A stretch of 64,000 nt of DNA from Bacteriovoracia bacterium (GCA_046570105.1 JBKHVI010000005.1:1-64000), one strand, 5' to 3'. Counted from the stretch's first letter, positions 23,152 through 34,115 are shown. Translations and numbers: made by a program. The notes: a model not told the origin generated them from the sequence alone.

Positions 23152-23238
23152 TATAAATCTCGAACTTTAATTCGATTTTATACATTTTTTATTAACCATG
23201 AATGCATCCCTGTGACGGGGTGATGCTGTGGAGGTCCG

Positions 23239-23892
23239 ATGTCAGAGACTAAAGTTAGTCTGCCTGCCATTTATGGAATCAAGGCAGGCATGACGCGAAT
23301 TTTCGACGCTAACGGGAACCATGTTCCAGTTACAGTTGTAAAACTCATTCCAAACGTCATTTCCCAAGTTAAAACCAAAGAAAAAGACGGCTATAGCGCT
23401 TATCAAGTGGCATACCACGAGAAGCGTGAGTCTCTTTTGACCAAGCCGACGAAGGGCACTTTGAAGAAAGCTGGTATTTCTTCAAACCTCACTCACTTCT
23501 CTGAAGTGAAGGTTGAGACTGTTGCTGCTGAAGCTCTTGGTACTGTTGTTGGCCTCGAAGAGTTCAAGCCAAACACGATCATCGACGTAACCGGTACCTC
23601 TAAAGGTAAAGGCTTCCAAGGTGTCATGAAGCGCTACAACTTCCAAGGTGGTCCAGCTTCTCACGGTTCACACTTCCACCGCCGCCCAGGCTCAATCGGC
23701 TGTCGTGCAACTCCTGCTCGCGTATTCGCGAACAAGAAGATGCCAGGTCAAATGGGTAGCGATCAAGTGACTGTACAAAACATCGTAGTACTCGAAGTGA
23801 ACACTCAAGACGGCTATATGCTAATCAAGGGTTCAGTTCCGGGATCTAAAAACGGCTTCATCAAGATCGCGAAAGCGGTCAAGAAGTCGTAG
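23239..23892 (+). CDS. rplC: 50S ribosomal protein L3
   Basis: KGKGFQGVMKRY, SHGSHFHRRPGSIG. Confidence 0.98.
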   Translation: MSETKVSLPAIYGIKAGMTRIFDANGNHVPVTVVKLIPNVISQVKTKEKDGYSAYQVAYHEKRESLLTKPTKGTLKKAGISSNLTHFSEVKVETVAAEALGTVVGLEEFKPNTIIDVTGTSKGKGFQGVMKRYNFQGGPASHGSHFHRRPGSIGCRATPARVFANKKMPGQMGSDQVTVQNIVVLEVNTQDGYMLIKGSVPGSKNGFIKIAKAVKKS

Positions 23893-23901
23893 GGGGAGAC
23901 C

Positions 23902-24519
23902 ATGACTGATATTACAGTATTAAACACAAAATTTGAAAAAGCCGGAGCACTCAAAGCTTCAGTTGATCTATCAGCTGAGAAAGTGAATGTTCCTGTTGTT
24001 CACCAAGTTGTAAAAGCTCTTCTTGCCGGTCGCCGTCAAGGTACAGCTGCTACAAAAAATAAGGCCCTCGTTTCGGGCGGTGGTAAGAAGCCGTTCAAGC
24101 AAAAGGGTACTGGTAACGCTCGTCAAGGTTCTAAGCGCTCTCCGCTTATGCCTGGAGGCGGTACAACTTTCGGTCCTCAGCCACGTAGCTACGAGCAGAA
24201 AGTGAACAAGAAAGTGATGAACGGTGCAATCCATTCAATCATCGCTGACAAGTTCCAAGCTGGTAAGTTGATCGTGGTCGATAAGATCGAATCAACAGGT
24301 AAAACTAAAGACATGTTCAAGACTCTCGATTCTCGCAAACTTTTGCCTGCACTCGTGATCACTACTGAACAAAACGACAAAGTCAGCAACTCGATCAGCA
24401 ACTTGGCTCGCGCTAAGTACGCTCCGGTTAGCGGCTTCTCTGTGTACGAAGCAGTGAAGTTCGAAAACTTGATCATTGAGAAAGCTGCTTTGGAAAAACT
24501 ACTCAGCAGGCTGGTGTAA
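23902..24519 (+). CDS. rplD: 50S ribosomal protein L4
   Basis: KPFKQKGTGNARQG. Confidence 0.98.
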   Translation: MTDITVLNTKFEKAGALKASVDLSAEKVNVPVVHQVVKALLAGRRQGTAATKNKALVSGGGKKPFKQKGTGNARQGSKRSPLMPGGGTTFGPQPRSYEQKVNKKVMNGAIHSIIADKFQAGKLIVVDKIESTGKTKDMFKTLDSRKLLPALVITTEQNDKVSNSISNLARAKYAPVSGFSVYEAVKFENLIIEKAALEKLLSRLV

Positions 24520-24520
24520 G

Positions 24521-24811
24521 ATGTTAGAAAGCGTATTAGTAAAGCCATTGTTGACAGAGAAAAGTTCAAAAGAAACTGAAGCAACAAATCGCTACAGCTT
24601 CTTGGTGAACATCAAAGCCAATAAGAATCAAATCAAGCTAGCCGTCGAAAAATTTTTCGACGTGAAAGTTTTGAACGTTCGCACTTCAGTGATTCCTGGG
24701 AAGCCAAAGCGCTCAGGTTCTAAAGGTGGAATGAAAAAGTCTGCGTCTTCTAAGAAGGCGTGGGTACAAATTCAAGACGGCCAGAAGATTGAATTCTTCA
24801 AAGGCATTTAA
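24521..24811 (+). CDS. rplW: 50S ribosomal protein L23
   Basis: PLLTEKS, ANKNQIKLAVEKFFDVKV; synteny. Confidence 0.96.
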   Translation: MLESVLVKPLLTEKSSKETEATNRYSFLVNIKANKNQIKLAVEKFFDVKVLNVRTSVIPGKPKRSGSKGGMKKSASSKKAWVQIQDGQKIEFFKGI

Positions 24812-24826
24812 GGAAAAGGTTGAGCT

Positions 24827-25651
24827 ATGACGACCCTTAAAAAATTCAAACCAATTACACCTGCTCGTCGTGAGATGGTTGTAGTAACTGGTGACGTAAC
24901 AAAAGGTGTTAAGCCTCTTAAGAGCTTGCTTGCACCAAAAAAATCAACTGCTGGCCGTAACGTCCATGGACGTATCACGGTTCGCCATCGCGGCGGCGGT
25001 CACAAGCAAAAGTATCGTTTGATTGATTTCAAACGTAACAAGCTTGATATCCCAGCAACTGTACAATCGATCGAGCACGATCCTAGTCGTACATGTAATA
25101 TTGCACTTGTTTGCTACGCAGACGGTGTTAAGAACTACATCATCGCACCAGTCGGCTTGAACGTTGGTGACGTAATTATCGCTTCTGATGCTGCTGATAT
25201 TAAAGCAGGTAACGCTAAGTTGTTGCGTGACATTCCAATCGGTACTTTGGTTCACAACGTAGAGTTGAAGCCAGGTGCTGGCGGTCAAATGGCACGTTCA
25301 GCAGGCGCTTATGCTCAGTTGATGGCTAAAGAAGGTGAGTTCGCTCTTCTTCGTTTGCCTTCAGGCGAACTTCGCCGTGTAAAAGCAGATTGCCGCGCGA
25401 CTATTGGTCAAGTTGGCAAGATCGAACATGAGCTCGAGAAGATCGGTAAAGCTGGTAAAAATCGTCATCGCGGTATCCGCCCAGCGGTTCGCGGTGTTGT
25501 TATGAACCCAGTTGATCACCCACACGGTGGTGGTGAAGGTCGTACTTCAGGTGGCCGTCATCCGGTTACTCCATGGGGTCTTCCAACACGTGGTTACAAG
25601 ACTCGTAAAAACAAACGTACTGACAAGTTTATCGTTAAACGTCGTAAGTAA
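24827..25651 (+). CDS. rplB: 50S ribosomal protein L2
   Basis: [13 protein letters not shown]. Confidence 0.99.
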   Translation: MTTLKKFKPITPARREMVVVTGDVTKGVKPLKSLLAPKKSTAGRNVHGRITVRHRGGGHKQKYRLIDFKRNKLDIPATVQSIEHDPSRTCNIALVCYADGVKNYIIAPVGLNVGDVIIASDAADIKAGNAKLLRDIPIGTLVHNVELKPGAGGQMARSAGAYAQLMAKEGEFALLRLPSGELRRVKADCRATIGQVGKIEHELEKIGKAGKNRHRGIRPAVRGVVMNPVDHPHGGGEGRTSGGRHPVTPWGLPTRGYKTRKNKRTDKFIVKRRK

Positions 25652-25665
25652 GAGAGGAAACAAAA

Positions 25666-25956
25666 ATGGCACGTTCACTAAAGAAAGGCCCTTTCGTAGA
25701 CACTTACCTCTACGACAAGGTTGCAGAAGCGAAGAAAGATCAGAAGGGCAACAAAGTCATCAAGACTTGGTCACGCCGTTCAATGATTATTCCCGATTTT
25801 ATCGGTTTGACCTTTGCTGTGCATAACGGAAAGAAATTTATCCCCGTCTACGTGACTGACAATATGATCGGCCACAAATTCGGTGAATTCGCAGAAACTC
25901 GTACTTTCAAGGGCCACGGAGCTGGCGACAAGAAAGCCGACGAAGCGAAGAAGTGA
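25666..25956 (+). CDS. rpsS: 30S ribosomal protein S19
   Basis: [20 protein letters not shown]. Confidence 0.99.
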   Translation: MARSLKKGPFVDTYLYDKVAEAKKDQKGNKVIKTWSRRSMIIPDFIGLTFAVHNGKKFIPVYVTDNMIGHKFGEFAETRTFKGHGAGDKKADEAKK

Positions 25957-25963
25957 GGATTAG

Positions 25964-26296
25964 ATGATTACAGTAAAAAACAACAATGTTGGAATCACTG
26001 CTCGTAAAGTACGTGGTGTAGCGGATCTTATTCGCCGTAAGAAAGTTGAAGAAGCTCTCAAGATTCTTCGCTTCTCTGAGAAGAAAGAGATCGCCATCAT
26101 CCTTACTAAGTTGATCAATAGCGGTTTGGCGATTGCTTCTGAATCTAAGAAGTATGACCTCGACAACTTAGCGATCGACGTAGTGAAAGTCGACGAAGGC
26201 CCACAGTTGAAGCGTATTATGCCACGTGCACAAGGCCGTGCTTACCGCATCATCAAGAAGTCTAGTTACATCACTATCGGCTTGAAAGAAGCGTAA
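25964..26296 (+). CDS. rplV: 50S ribosomal protein L22
   Basis: VDEGPQLKRIMPRAQGRA. Confidence 0.97.
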   Translation: MITVKNNNVGITARKVRGVADLIRRKKVEEALKILRFSEKKEIAIILTKLINSGLAIASESKKYDLDNLAIDVVKVDEGPQLKRIMPRAQGRAYRIIKKSSYITIGLKEA

Positions 26297-26311
26297 AAGG
26301 GGAATACGAAA

Positions 26312-26938
26312 ATGGGACAAAAAGTACAACCTACCGGTTTCCGCCTTGGCTACATCAAGACATGGCATTCAAACTGGTACGTAAAAAACAACTACGCCAC
26401 AATCTTTCAACAAGATTTGGCGATCCGTAACTACATCGATACTGAGTTGGCTCAAGCTTCTATTGCGAAGACTGAAATCACTCGTACGGCTGACCAAGTA
26501 AAAGTAACTGTTTACTCTGCTAAGCCAGGTGTAGCGATTGGAAAGAAAGGCACAGGAATCGAAAAGATTCGTAACGATCTCAAAAAGATCACAAACTGCC
26601 CTTTATTTTTCAATATTGCTGAGGTAAAGCGTCCGGACGCAGAAGCAAAACTAATTGCAGAAAACATTGCTCAACAACTTGAGAAACGTGTGGCTTTCCG
26701 TCGCGCAATGAAAAAAGTGATGACGTCAGCATTCCGCTCTGGAATTAAGGGTATCAAAGTTAAGTGTTCGGGTCGTCTTGGTGGAGCAGATATTGCTCGT
26801 ACTGAAGGCTACTCTGAGCGCAAAGTTCCTCTTCATACCTTGCGCGCAGACATCGATTACGCCACTGCCACAGCTAAAACAGCCTACGGTATCACTGGTG
26901 TTAAGGTGTGGGTGTACAAGGGTGAGATTTACAAGTAA
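26312..26938 (+). CDS. rpsC: 30S ribosomal protein S3
   Basis: GQKVQPTGFRLG, VPLHTLRADIDY. Confidence 0.99.
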   Translation: MGQKVQPTGFRLGYIKTWHSNWYVKNNYATIFQQDLAIRNYIDTELAQASIAKTEITRTADQVKVTVYSAKPGVAIGKKGTGIEKIRNDLKKITNCPLFFNIAEVKRPDAEAKLIAENIAQQLEKRVAFRRAMKKVMTSAFRSGIKGIKVKCSGRLGGADIARTEGYSERKVPLHTLRADIDYATATAKTAYGITGVKVWVYKGEIYK

Positions 26939-26953
26939 GAATCCGAGGTTTTT

Positions 26954-27400
26954 ATGTTGAGTCCTAAGAGAGTTAAATTTAGAAAAATGCAGAAAGGTCG
27001 TATGACCGGCGCTGCTCACACTGGTAACGGTATCACTTTCGGTGACTTCGCCCTTCAAGCGATCTCATGTGGTTTTATCACTAACCGCCAAATCGAAGCT
27101 GCACGTATCGCTATTTCTCGTGAAACGAAGAAAGGCGGAAACATGTGGATCAAGATTTTCCCAGACAAGTCTCTGTCAAAGAAGCCGGCAGAGGTACGTA
27201 TGGGTAAAGGAAAAGGCTCGCCAGAAGAATGGGTAGCCGTTGTGAAGCCAGGTCGCGTTCTGTTTGAAGTGGGCGGTATGAGCAAAGAAGAAGCTGACAA
27301 AGCTTTGCGCTTGGCGAAATACAAGCTTCCTGTTAGAACACGAATCGTCTCAAAAGCCGATTTAGAGCGCGAAGGTCACGTACCTCCGCGTGCAGTATAA
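26954..27400 (+). CDS. rplP: 50S ribosomal protein L16
   Basis: [17 protein letters not shown]. Confidence 0.99.
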   Translation: MLSPKRVKFRKMQKGRMTGAAHTGNGITFGDFALQAISCGFITNRQIEAARIAISRETKKGGNMWIKIFPDKSLSKKPAEVRMGKGKGSPEEWVAVVKPGRVLFEVGGMSKEEADKALRLAKYKLPVRTRIVSKADLEREGHVPPRAV

Positions 27401-27412
27401 GTAGAGGTACAT

Positions 27413-27604
27413 ATGATGAAGTATTCTGAAGCAGCGAAAATGAGCGCGAAAGACATCAAAGAAAAAGTCGCTGTATTGAAGACTGAGATGTTTAACGCCA
27501 AGTTTTCTAAACACACTGTAGGTGTTGAGAAGTCACACACCAAGCGCGCACTAAGAAAAGACATCGCTCGTCTTTTAGCCGCGTTGAACAGCAAAAAGAA
27601 TTAA
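27413..27604 (+). CDS. rpmC: 50S ribosomal protein L29
   Basis: LRKDIARL; position between rplP and rpsQ. Confidence 0.93.
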   Translation: MMKYSEAAKMSAKDIKEKVAVLKTEMFNAKFSKHTVGVEKSHTKRALRKDIARLLAALNSKKN

Positions 27605-27613
27605 GGCGGAACT

Positions 27614-27868
27614 ATGAGTGAAGTAGCAAACAAAACAAAACGCAAACTAACCGGTATCGTAGTAAGCGATAAAGCTTCTAAGACTATCGTTGTGAAAGTA
27701 GAGCGCAAGACAATGCACTCGAAATATCACAAGTTCGTAAACAACACTAACAAGTTCCATGCTCATGACGAAAAAGAGCAGGCTCAAATTGGTAACGTTG
27801 TGACTATCGTAGAGTCACGCCCACGTTCCGCTTTGAAGCGCTGGGAACTCGTTTCGATCGTGAAGTAA
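27614..27868 (+). CDS. rpsQ: 30S ribosomal protein S17
   Basis: [20 protein letters not shown]. Confidence 0.98.
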   Translation: MSEVANKTKRKLTGIVVSDKASKTIVVKVERKTMHSKYHKFVNNTNKFHAHDEKEQAQIGNVVTIVESRPRSALKRWELVSIVK

Positions 27869-27881
27869 GGAGAGGTGCCCA

Positions 27882-28250
27882 GTGATTCAGCAACAATCTA
27901 ATCTTATCGTAGCGGACAATTCAGGCGCTAAAACCGTTCAGTGTATTAAAGTACTCGGCGGATCTAAGCGTATGGCCGCTCACATTGGCGACGTTATTGT
28001 CGTAGCCGTTCAGCAAGCGATTGCTGGCGGTAAAGTAAAGAAAGGCGATGTTAAGCGCGCCGTGATCGTTCGTACTGTTTTCCCTATTAAGCGTGAAGAC
28101 GGAACAACAATCAGCTTTGACGAAAACTCATGCGTGATCTTGGCGAACGAAAATGAGCCAATCGGAACACGTATTTTTGGTCCAGTAGCTCGTGAATTGA
28201 GAAACAAGAACTTTACGAAGATCTGTTCTCTCGCTCACGAAGTGCTTTAA
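27882..28250 (+). CDS. rplN: 50S ribosomal protein L14
   Basis: GTG start; [20 protein letters not shown]. Confidence 0.99.
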   Translation: MIQQQSNLIVADNSGAKTVQCIKVLGGSKRMAAHIGDVIVVAVQQAIAGGKVKKGDVKRAVIVRTVFPIKREDGTTISFDENSCVILANENEPIGTRIFGPVARELRNKNFTKICSLAHEVL

Positions 28251-28260
28251 GGGGAACCCC

Positions 28261-28569
28261 ATGCAGAAGCTAAAATTGAATGACAATGTTGTGATTCTTG
28301 CCGGTAAAGACAGAGGCAAGTCAGGCAAAATTAAAAACATCAACTGGAAGACAAATCGTGTTCTCGTTGAAGGTATTAACATGGTTAAGAAAGCCATGAA
28401 GCCAACTCAGCAAAATCCACAAGGCGGATTGGTTGATCTTGAGAAAGCTGTGCACATTAGTAATGTTGCAGTAGCTGATCCAAAGTCAGGCAAACCTACT
28501 CGTGTAAAAGTACAAGTAAAGAACGGTAAAAATATTCGCGTCACAAAGTCTGGCGCGGAAATCAAGTGA
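28261..28569 (+). CDS. rplX: 50S ribosomal protein L24
   Basis: GKDRGKSG KOW motif, HISNV. Confidence 0.98.
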   Translation: MQKLKLNDNVVILAGKDRGKSGKIKNINWKTNRVLVEGINMVKKAMKPTQQNPQGGLVDLEKAVHISNVAVADPKSGKPTRVKVQVKNGKNIRVTKSGAEIK

Positions 28570-28580
28570 TGGAGTAAAAC

Positions 28581-29126
28581 ATGACGGCTCGTCTAAAGTC
28601 TCTGTACCAATCAGAGCTAAAAAAGAAGATGCAGGAAAAGTTCAAGTATACGAACGTGCATCAGATTCCAAAGCTGGAAAAAATCATCGTAAACAGCATC
28701 ACGCGTGATGCTGTTAGCAACGGCAAAATCGTTGATATGGTTGTTGAAGAAGTAAGCACTGTGACTGGTCAAAAGCCGGTTATCGCTCGCGCGAAAAAAT
28801 CAATTGCTTCTTTCAAACTCCGTGAAGGTCAAGCTATCGGCGCCTTCGTAACTTTGCGTGGCGAACGCATGTACGAATTCCTTGATCGCATGATCAACTT
28901 CTCTCTCCCTCGCGTAAAAGACTTCCGTGGTCTTTCTCCAAAGGGATTTGACGGGAAAGGAAACTATACGATGGGTCTTAAGGAACAGATTATCTTTCCT
29001 GAGATCAACTACGATCGTATTGATAAAGTTCGCGGTATGGGGATCAGCTTTGTTACCACCGCTGAGAATAACGAAGAAGGCCGTGAGCTATTAAAGCTAT
29101 TCGGCATGCCTTTCCGCGAGAAGTGA
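28581..29126 (+). CDS. rplE: 50S ribosomal protein L5
   Basis: [22 protein letters not shown]. Confidence 0.99.
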   Translation: MTARLKSLYQSELKKKMQEKFKYTNVHQIPKLEKIIVNSITRDAVSNGKIVDMVVEEVSTVTGQKPVIARAKKSIASFKLREGQAIGAFVTLRGERMYEFLDRMINFSLPRVKDFRGLSPKGFDGKGNYTMGLKEQIIFPEINYDRIDKVRGMGISFVTTAENNEEGRELLKLFGMPFREK

Positions 29127-29133
29127 GGAATAC

Positions 29134-29439
29134 ATGGCTAAACTAAGCTCAATTATTAAGAACAAGAGTCGTGAAAAATTGGCGATTAAGCTTGCTCCAA
29201 AGCGCATTGAGTTGCGTAGAAAAGCAATTGATCCAAAAGCCACTGAAGCTGAGCGCGAAGCTGCTCGTTTAAAACTTCAGTCGCTTCCACGTAACGGAAA
29301 CCTCAATCGCGTACGTAATCGTTGTGAATTGACTGGTCGTTCTCGTGGCGTTTATCGCGATTTTAAACTTTGTCGTAACAAGTTCCGTGAATTGGCCCTC
29401 CAGGGATTAATTCCTGGCGTAACCAAGTCTAGCTGGTAA
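29134..29439 (+). CDS. rpsN: 30S ribosomal protein S14 (long type, lacks full Zn ribbon)
   Basis: [21 protein letters not shown]; 101 aa. Confidence 0.98.
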   Translation: MAKLSSIIKNKSREKLAIKLAPKRIELRRKAIDPKATEAEREAARLKLQSLPRNGNLNRVRNRCELTGRSRGVYRDFKLCRNKFRELALQGLIPGVTKSSW

Positions 29440-29450
29440 GGAGAAAGACT

Positions 29451-29834
29451 ATGATGACTGATCCTATTTCTGACCTATTAACCCGTATTCGCAATGCGAA
29501 TAAGGCTGGGTTAGAGAAAGTTGATATTCCAGCTAGCAAAATCAAAGCTGGTGTTTGCAAAGTTTTGAAAGACGAAGGTTTTATTAAGTCTTTCAAAATC
29601 ATTGCGAAAGGCCCTGCTGACATCACCCTTCGCGTTTCGTTGAAGGAAGGTGCTTTAGTTGGTTTAGAGCGTATCTCTAAGCCAGGTCTTCGTGTTTATA
29701 AAGGTTATAATGACATGCCACGCGTTTTGAGCGGTTTGGGTGTCTCTATTGTATCTACTTCGTCAGGCCTTATGTCTTCGCGTAAAGCGAAAGCCATGAA
29801 GCTCGGTGGCGAAGTGATTGCCAACGTCTGGTAA
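29451..29834 (+). CDS. rpsH: 30S ribosomal protein S8
   Basis: TDPISDLLTRIRNA, SKPGLRVY. Confidence 0.99.
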   Translation: MMTDPISDLLTRIRNANKAGLEKVDIPASKIKAGVCKVLKDEGFIKSFKIIAKGPADITLRVSLKEGALVGLERISKPGLRVYKGYNDMPRVLSGLGVSIVSTSSGLMSSRKAKAMKLGGEVIANVW

Positions 29835-29845
29835 GAGAGGAAATT

Positions 29846-30382
29846 ATGTCTCGTATTGGTAAACAGCCGATTGCTCTTCCTGAAAAAGTGGAAATTAAAA
29901 TTGCCGGTAACGTTGTTGAAGTTAAGGGCCCAAAGGGTCAGCTTACTTACAAAGTTAACCAAGGCATTAAAGTTGAGAAAAAAGACAAAACTGTAGAAGT
30001 GACTGGTACGACAGATCGTATTGGCCGCTCACTCTGGGGTCTCACGCGCACAATCGTGGGCAACATGGTAACAGGTGTCTCTGTTGGCTTCAAAAAAGAA
30101 TTGGAGTTTAACGGTGTAGGTTACAAGGCTGCTGTAAGCGGAACAACGCTTCAGTTGAACTTGGGTCACTCTCACCAAATCGACTACAAGCTCCCAAAGG
30201 GCATTGAAGTAAAAGTTAATAAGAACGTTGTTGAAGTCTACGGCGCTGATAAAGAGCTTGTTGGATTTGTAGCAGCTGAAATCCGCGCATACCGTCCGCA
30301 TGAGCCTTACAAAGGCAAAGGCATGAAGTATGTAGGTGAAAAAGTAATCCGCAAAGCCGGCAAAACTGGCGCGAAAAAGTAA
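29846..30382 (+). CDS. rplF: 50S ribosomal protein L6
   Basis: SRIGKQPI, EPYKGKG. Confidence 0.99.
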   Translation: MSRIGKQPIALPEKVEIKIAGNVVEVKGPKGQLTYKVNQGIKVEKKDKTVEVTGTTDRIGRSLWGLTRTIVGNMVTGVSVGFKKELEFNGVGYKAAVSGTTLQLNLGHSHQIDYKLPKGIEVKVNKNVVEVYGADKELVGFVAAEIRAYRPHEPYKGKGMKYVGEKVIRKAGKTGAKK

Positions 30383-30400
30383 TTAATTAGGTGGTGAACT

Positions 30401-30775
30401 ATGAGAAAAGTACTCGGTAAAATTAAAAATCCGACGAAAGCAAAAGAATACCGTCGCCGTCTTTCTATCCGTAAAAAAGTAGAAGGCAGTGCTGAACGTC
30501 CACGTGTTTGCGTAACGAAGACAAATAAACATCTTCGCGTACAAGCAGTGAACGATCTCACTAACGTCACTCTTTTCTCCGTCCAAACGTATGGCAAAAC
30601 TAAAGTTGCCGATGCTGGAAACGCAGAAGGCGCTAAGAAAGTTGGAGCTGCAGTAGCTGCTCAACTGAAAAAAGCAAACGTCTCAGTAGCTGTATTTGAC
30701 CGTAGCGGCAAGCAGTATACCGGCGTGATTAAAGTTCTAGCGGATGCAATCCGCGAGAACGGCATCCAATTGTAA
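30401..30775 (+). CDS. rplR: 50S ribosomal protein L18
   Basis: ERPR, VFDRSG..Y.G. Confidence 0.96.
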   Translation: MRKVLGKIKNPTKAKEYRRRLSIRKKVEGSAERPRVCVTKTNKHLRVQAVNDLTNVTLFSVQTYGKTKVADAGNAEGAKKVGAAVAAQLKKANVSVAVFDRSGKQYTGVIKVLADAIRENGIQL

Positions 30776-30786
30776 GAGAGGCGGAT

Positions 30787-31437
30787 ATGTCAGAAGAAAA
30801 CAACAACAACGAAGCAGAAACAACAAATGAAAACGAAGAGAAAAAAGGTCGTGGCGGAAAGCGCGGCGCTCCTCGCGGAAATGATAAAAAACCACCTCGC
30901 CGTGACGCTGCTCAAGCTCAAGGTGACGGTCCAAACGTTGATCTCGAAGAACGCGTAGTTGCAGTTAACCGCGTTGCTAAAGTTGTGAAGGGCGGTCGTC
31001 GCTTTTCATTCGCAGCTTTGATCATCGTTGGTGATAAGAACGGCAAAGTTGGATATGGACTTGGTAAAGCCAAAGAAGTTCCAGATGCAATCCGCAAAGC
31101 TGGCCAAAAAGCAGCTAAGCGTATGATTAAAGTTCCTATCGAAAACGGTACTGTTCCTCATGAGATCCTTGGCAACTTCGGCGCTGGTAAAGTTTTGATT
31201 AAGCCAGCCGGAGAAGGTACAGGGATTAAGGCTGCTGGTGCATGCCGTTCAATCTTGGAACTTGCTGGTGTTCGTAACGTTTTGACTAAATCACTACGTG
31301 GTAGCAACCCACACAATATCGTTAAAGCGACATTCACAGCTTTGAAGGGATTGCGTGCAGTTGAAGATATCGCTAACGCTCGTGGCGTACAGGCTAAAGG
31401 CCTACGTGCTCGTGCGAAAGCTAAAGCAAAAGCTTGA
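30787..31437 (+). CDS. rpsE: 30S ribosomal protein S5 (with ~50-aa N-terminal extension)
   Basis: [21 protein letters not shown]. Confidence 0.98.
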   Translation: MSEENNNNEAETTNENEEKKGRGGKRGAPRGNDKKPPRRDAAQAQGDGPNVDLEERVVAVNRVAKVVKGGRRFSFAALIIVGDKNGKVGYGLGKAKEVPDAIRKAGQKAAKRMIKVPIENGTVPHEILGNFGAGKVLIKPAGEGTGIKAAGACRSILELAGVRNVLTKSLRGSNPHNIVKATFTALKGLRAVEDIANARGVQAKGLRARAKAKAKA

Positions 31438-31445
31438 GGTGACCC

Positions 31446-31628
31446 ATGGCTAATAAGCAGATCACTGTTAAATTGAAAAAAAGTGTAATTGCCTGCACAG
31501 AAAAGCAGCAAGCAACAGTCCGCGGTTTGGGATTGCGCCGTATCGGCTCAACTAAAACTTTGGAAAATACTCCGGCCGTTCGTGGAATGATTAAGCAAGT
31601 CATCCACATGGTCGACATCTTGAAGTAA
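31446..31628 (+). CDS. rpmD: 50S ribosomal protein L30
   Basis: GLGLRRI, TPAVRGMI. Confidence 0.97.
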   Translation: MANKQITVKLKKSVIACTEKQQATVRGLGLRRIGSTKTLENTPAVRGMIKQVIHMVDILK

Positions 31629-31638
31629 GAGGCTCGAT

Positions 31639-32094
31639 ATGTTGAATCTAAACAATTTGAAAAGCCCAAAAGGCGCCCACAAAAACATCAAGCGTCTTGG
31701 TCGCGGCCAAGGTTCTGGTCAGGGTACTCAAGCCGGTAAAGGTCACAAGGGTCAAAAGGCTCGCAGTGGCGGCGGAATCCGAATTGGTTTTGAGGGTGGT
31801 CAAATGCCCCTATACCGTCGTCTTCCAAAAGTCGGCTTTAATAATTCAGTATTTGCCACAACATATACAGTGGTTAATCTTGAAAAAATCGCTGAAAAAT
31901 TCGCTAACGAAGTCGTTACACGCGAATCGTTGGTTGAAAAAGGCTTCTTGAGCGGCAAGAATAAGAGCCTGCCGATTAAGATCTTGGCGAAAGGTGAGTT
32001 TGCAAAAGCTCTTACTTTCAAAGGGATTGAGAAATTTTCTACCAAAGCCCAGGAATTGATCTCCAAGGCTGGCGGAAAGATCGTAAACGAATAA
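31639..32094 (+). CDS. rplO: 50S ribosomal protein L15
   Basis: GFEGGQMPLYRRLPK. Confidence 0.98.
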   Translation: MLNLNNLKSPKGAHKNIKRLGRGQGSGQGTQAGKGHKGQKARSGGGIRIGFEGGQMPLYRRLPKVGFNNSVFATTYTVVNLEKIAEKFANEVVTRESLVEKGFLSGKNKSLPIKILAKGEFAKALTFKGIEKFSTKAQELISKAGGKIVNE

Positions 32095-32111
32095 TCCCGT
32101 AAGGAAGCGCG

Positions 32112-33434
32112 ATGTCGAATAACGTTTCAAAGCTTGAAGAACTCAAGAAGCGTCTGCTTTTCACCATTATCATGTTGGGTGTGTACCGAGTTGCGACTCA
32201 GGTTCCTACTCCAGGTGTAGATGGTGCAGCTCTCGCTTCGTTCTTTGGTGGAATGAAGGGCTCAGTGTTTGGTGTTTTCAATACCTTTAGCGGTGGTGCT
32301 CTCGAGCGCTTCTCGGTTTTGGCATTGGGAATCATGCCTTACATTACGTCATCGATTATTTTCAGCCTTCTTTCGTATTCAATTCCAGCTCTTTCTGAAA
32401 TTCAGAAAGAACCAGATGGTCACAAAAAAATCAATCAATACACTCGCTACGCTACAGTCCTTCTCTGTATTTTTCAGGGTTATGGCTTAGCAGTCGGTCT
32501 TGAGAGTATTCGCAGTCCAAATAACGGCCTTCCAGTTGTTATTGATCCAGGTTACGCCTTCCGCTTCCTCACTGTTATCAGCTTGATGGCTGGTACAATG
32601 TTTGTGATGTGGTTGGGTGAGCAAATTACTGAGCGAGGTATTGGTAACGGTATCTCTCTTGTTATTTTTGCTGGTATCGCTGCTGGTATCCCAACTGGTA
32701 TGCGCGACACATTTAACCTTTTAACTAACGGTGAAATCACTGTGGTTGGCTTGTTGATTGTTCTCGCCATCATGTTGATCTCATTCTGGCTTATTATCTA
32801 TATTGAGCGTGCCTTCCGTAAGGTTCCAGTTCAGTACGCAAAACGTGTAGTGAATAACCGTGTCTTCGGCGGTCAATCAACTCACTTGCCGATCAAGGTT
32901 AATATCTCAGGTGTAATGCCTCCGATTTTTGCCTCGGCTTTGCTTGGTTTCCCAACAACAGTTTCTCAGTTCATTCCAGCAGACAGCCCAGCGAAAGACT
33001 GGTTCAGCAAAATCGAGCAACTCTTGGCTCCAGGACGCATGCTTTATAACGTCGTCTTCATTGGGTTGATTGTATTCTTTGCTTATTTCTATGCTTCAAT
33101 CCAGTTCAAGACTGGTGATATCTCTGAAAACTTGCGTAAGCATGGTGGATTTATCCCAGGAATTCGTCCAGGTGAGCAGACAGCAGATTTCCTTAATACA
33201 ATCATTAGCCGCCTCACTCTTGTGGGTGCAATTTATGTGGCTTTGATCTGTCTTATGCCAGCCATTTTGTTTAACTATGCCAAAGTTCCTTTCTACTTCG
33301 GTGGAACGTCACTTTTGATTCTAGTAGGTGTCGCCATTGATACAATGGCTCAAGCCGAAAGCTTCATGATCTCCCAGCGTTTTGACTCTGCTTACAAAGT
33401 TAGAGGCAAGTTCTCTGGCGCGAAGAGGTTCTAG
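32112..33434 (+). CDS. secY: Preprotein translocase SecY
   Basis: LGIMPYITSSII, GIGNGISL, IPGIRPG, FGGTSLLI. Confidence 0.99.
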   Translation: MSNNVSKLEELKKRLLFTIIMLGVYRVATQVPTPGVDGAALASFFGGMKGSVFGVFNTFSGGALERFSVLALGIMPYITSSIIFSLLSYSIPALSEIQKEPDGHKKINQYTRYATVLLCIFQGYGLAVGLESIRSPNNGLPVVIDPGYAFRFLTVISLMAGTMFVMWLGEQITERGIGNGISLVIFAGIAAGIPTGMRDTFNLLTNGEITVVGLLIVLAIMLISFWLIIYIERAFRKVPVQYAKRVVNNRVFGGQSTHLPIKVNISGVMPPIFASALLGFPTTVSQFIPADSPAKDWFSKIEQLLAPGRMLYNVVFIGLIVFFAYFYASIQFKTGDISENLRKHGGFIPGIRPGEQTADFLNTIISRLTLVGAIYVALICLMPAILFNYAKVPFYFGGTSLLILVGVAIDTMAQAESFMISQRFDSAYKVRGKFSGAKRF

Positions 33435-33435
33435 G

Positions 33436-34068
33436 ATGCAGCATCTCGTCTTCATCGGCGCTCCGGGCTCTGGAAAGGGCACTCAGGCAGGAAGATTGGT
33501 GACAGAGAAGGGTTGCAAGCACATTTCGACAGGCGATCTTCTTAGAGCTGAAATTGCAAAGGGAAGTGAACTCGGTCAGAAAGTTAAAGCGGTTTTGGAT
33601 GCAGGTGCACTAGTTTCTGATGATCTTGTGATCAAATTGATTCATGCAAATGCTGATCTAGATAAGAATAGTTATATTTTTGATGGTTATCCTCGTAATT
33701 TAGCCCAGGCTCAAACCCTTGATCGAGAAGTCCTCAAGGGTCGTAAAAGCCTAGCGGTCTATTTCGAAATCGACCTCCCTAAGTTGATTCAGCGGCTCAC
33801 AAACCGCCGAACCTGCAAAGACTGTGGTGCGATTTACAACTTGATTACCCAGGCCCCTCAAAAGGCCGGAGTGTGTGATCGTTGTAGCGGTACCAATCTC
33901 GTACATCGAGATGACGACAAGGAAGAAGTCATCAAGAAGCGGATGGATGTATTCTCGCAGAATACCCAACCCGTCTTAGATTATTACAGAGCGGCACAAC
34001 GTCTTATGACGGTGAACGCGGAAAATAGCATTGAGCAGCTTTACGAACAAATATCTCAGAAGCTCTAA
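33436..34068 (+). CDS. adk: Adenylate kinase (Zn-binding lid)
   Basis: GAPGSGKGTQ, DGYPR, CKDC...CDRC. Confidence 0.97.
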   Translation: MQHLVFIGAPGSGKGTQAGRLVTEKGCKHISTGDLLRAEIAKGSELGQKVKAVLDAGALVSDDLVIKLIHANADLDKNSYIFDGYPRNLAQAQTLDREVLKGRKSLAVYFEIDLPKLIQRLTNRRTCKDCGAIYNLITQAPQKAGVCDRCSGTNLVHRDDDKEEVIKKRMDVFSQNTQPVLDYYRAAQRLMTVNAENSIEQLYEQISQKL

Positions 34069-34086
34069 CGCGAGGCCGGAAAGCGG

Positions 34087-34115
34087 TTGCCAAGGAGAAG
34101 GGGTTTAGTTATAAA
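34087..34115 (+). promoter_or_regulatory. Putative sigma-70 promoter for infA-rpmJ-alpha operon
   Basis: TTGCCA-17 nt-TATAAA, same form as the tRNA operon promoter. Confidence 0.55.
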
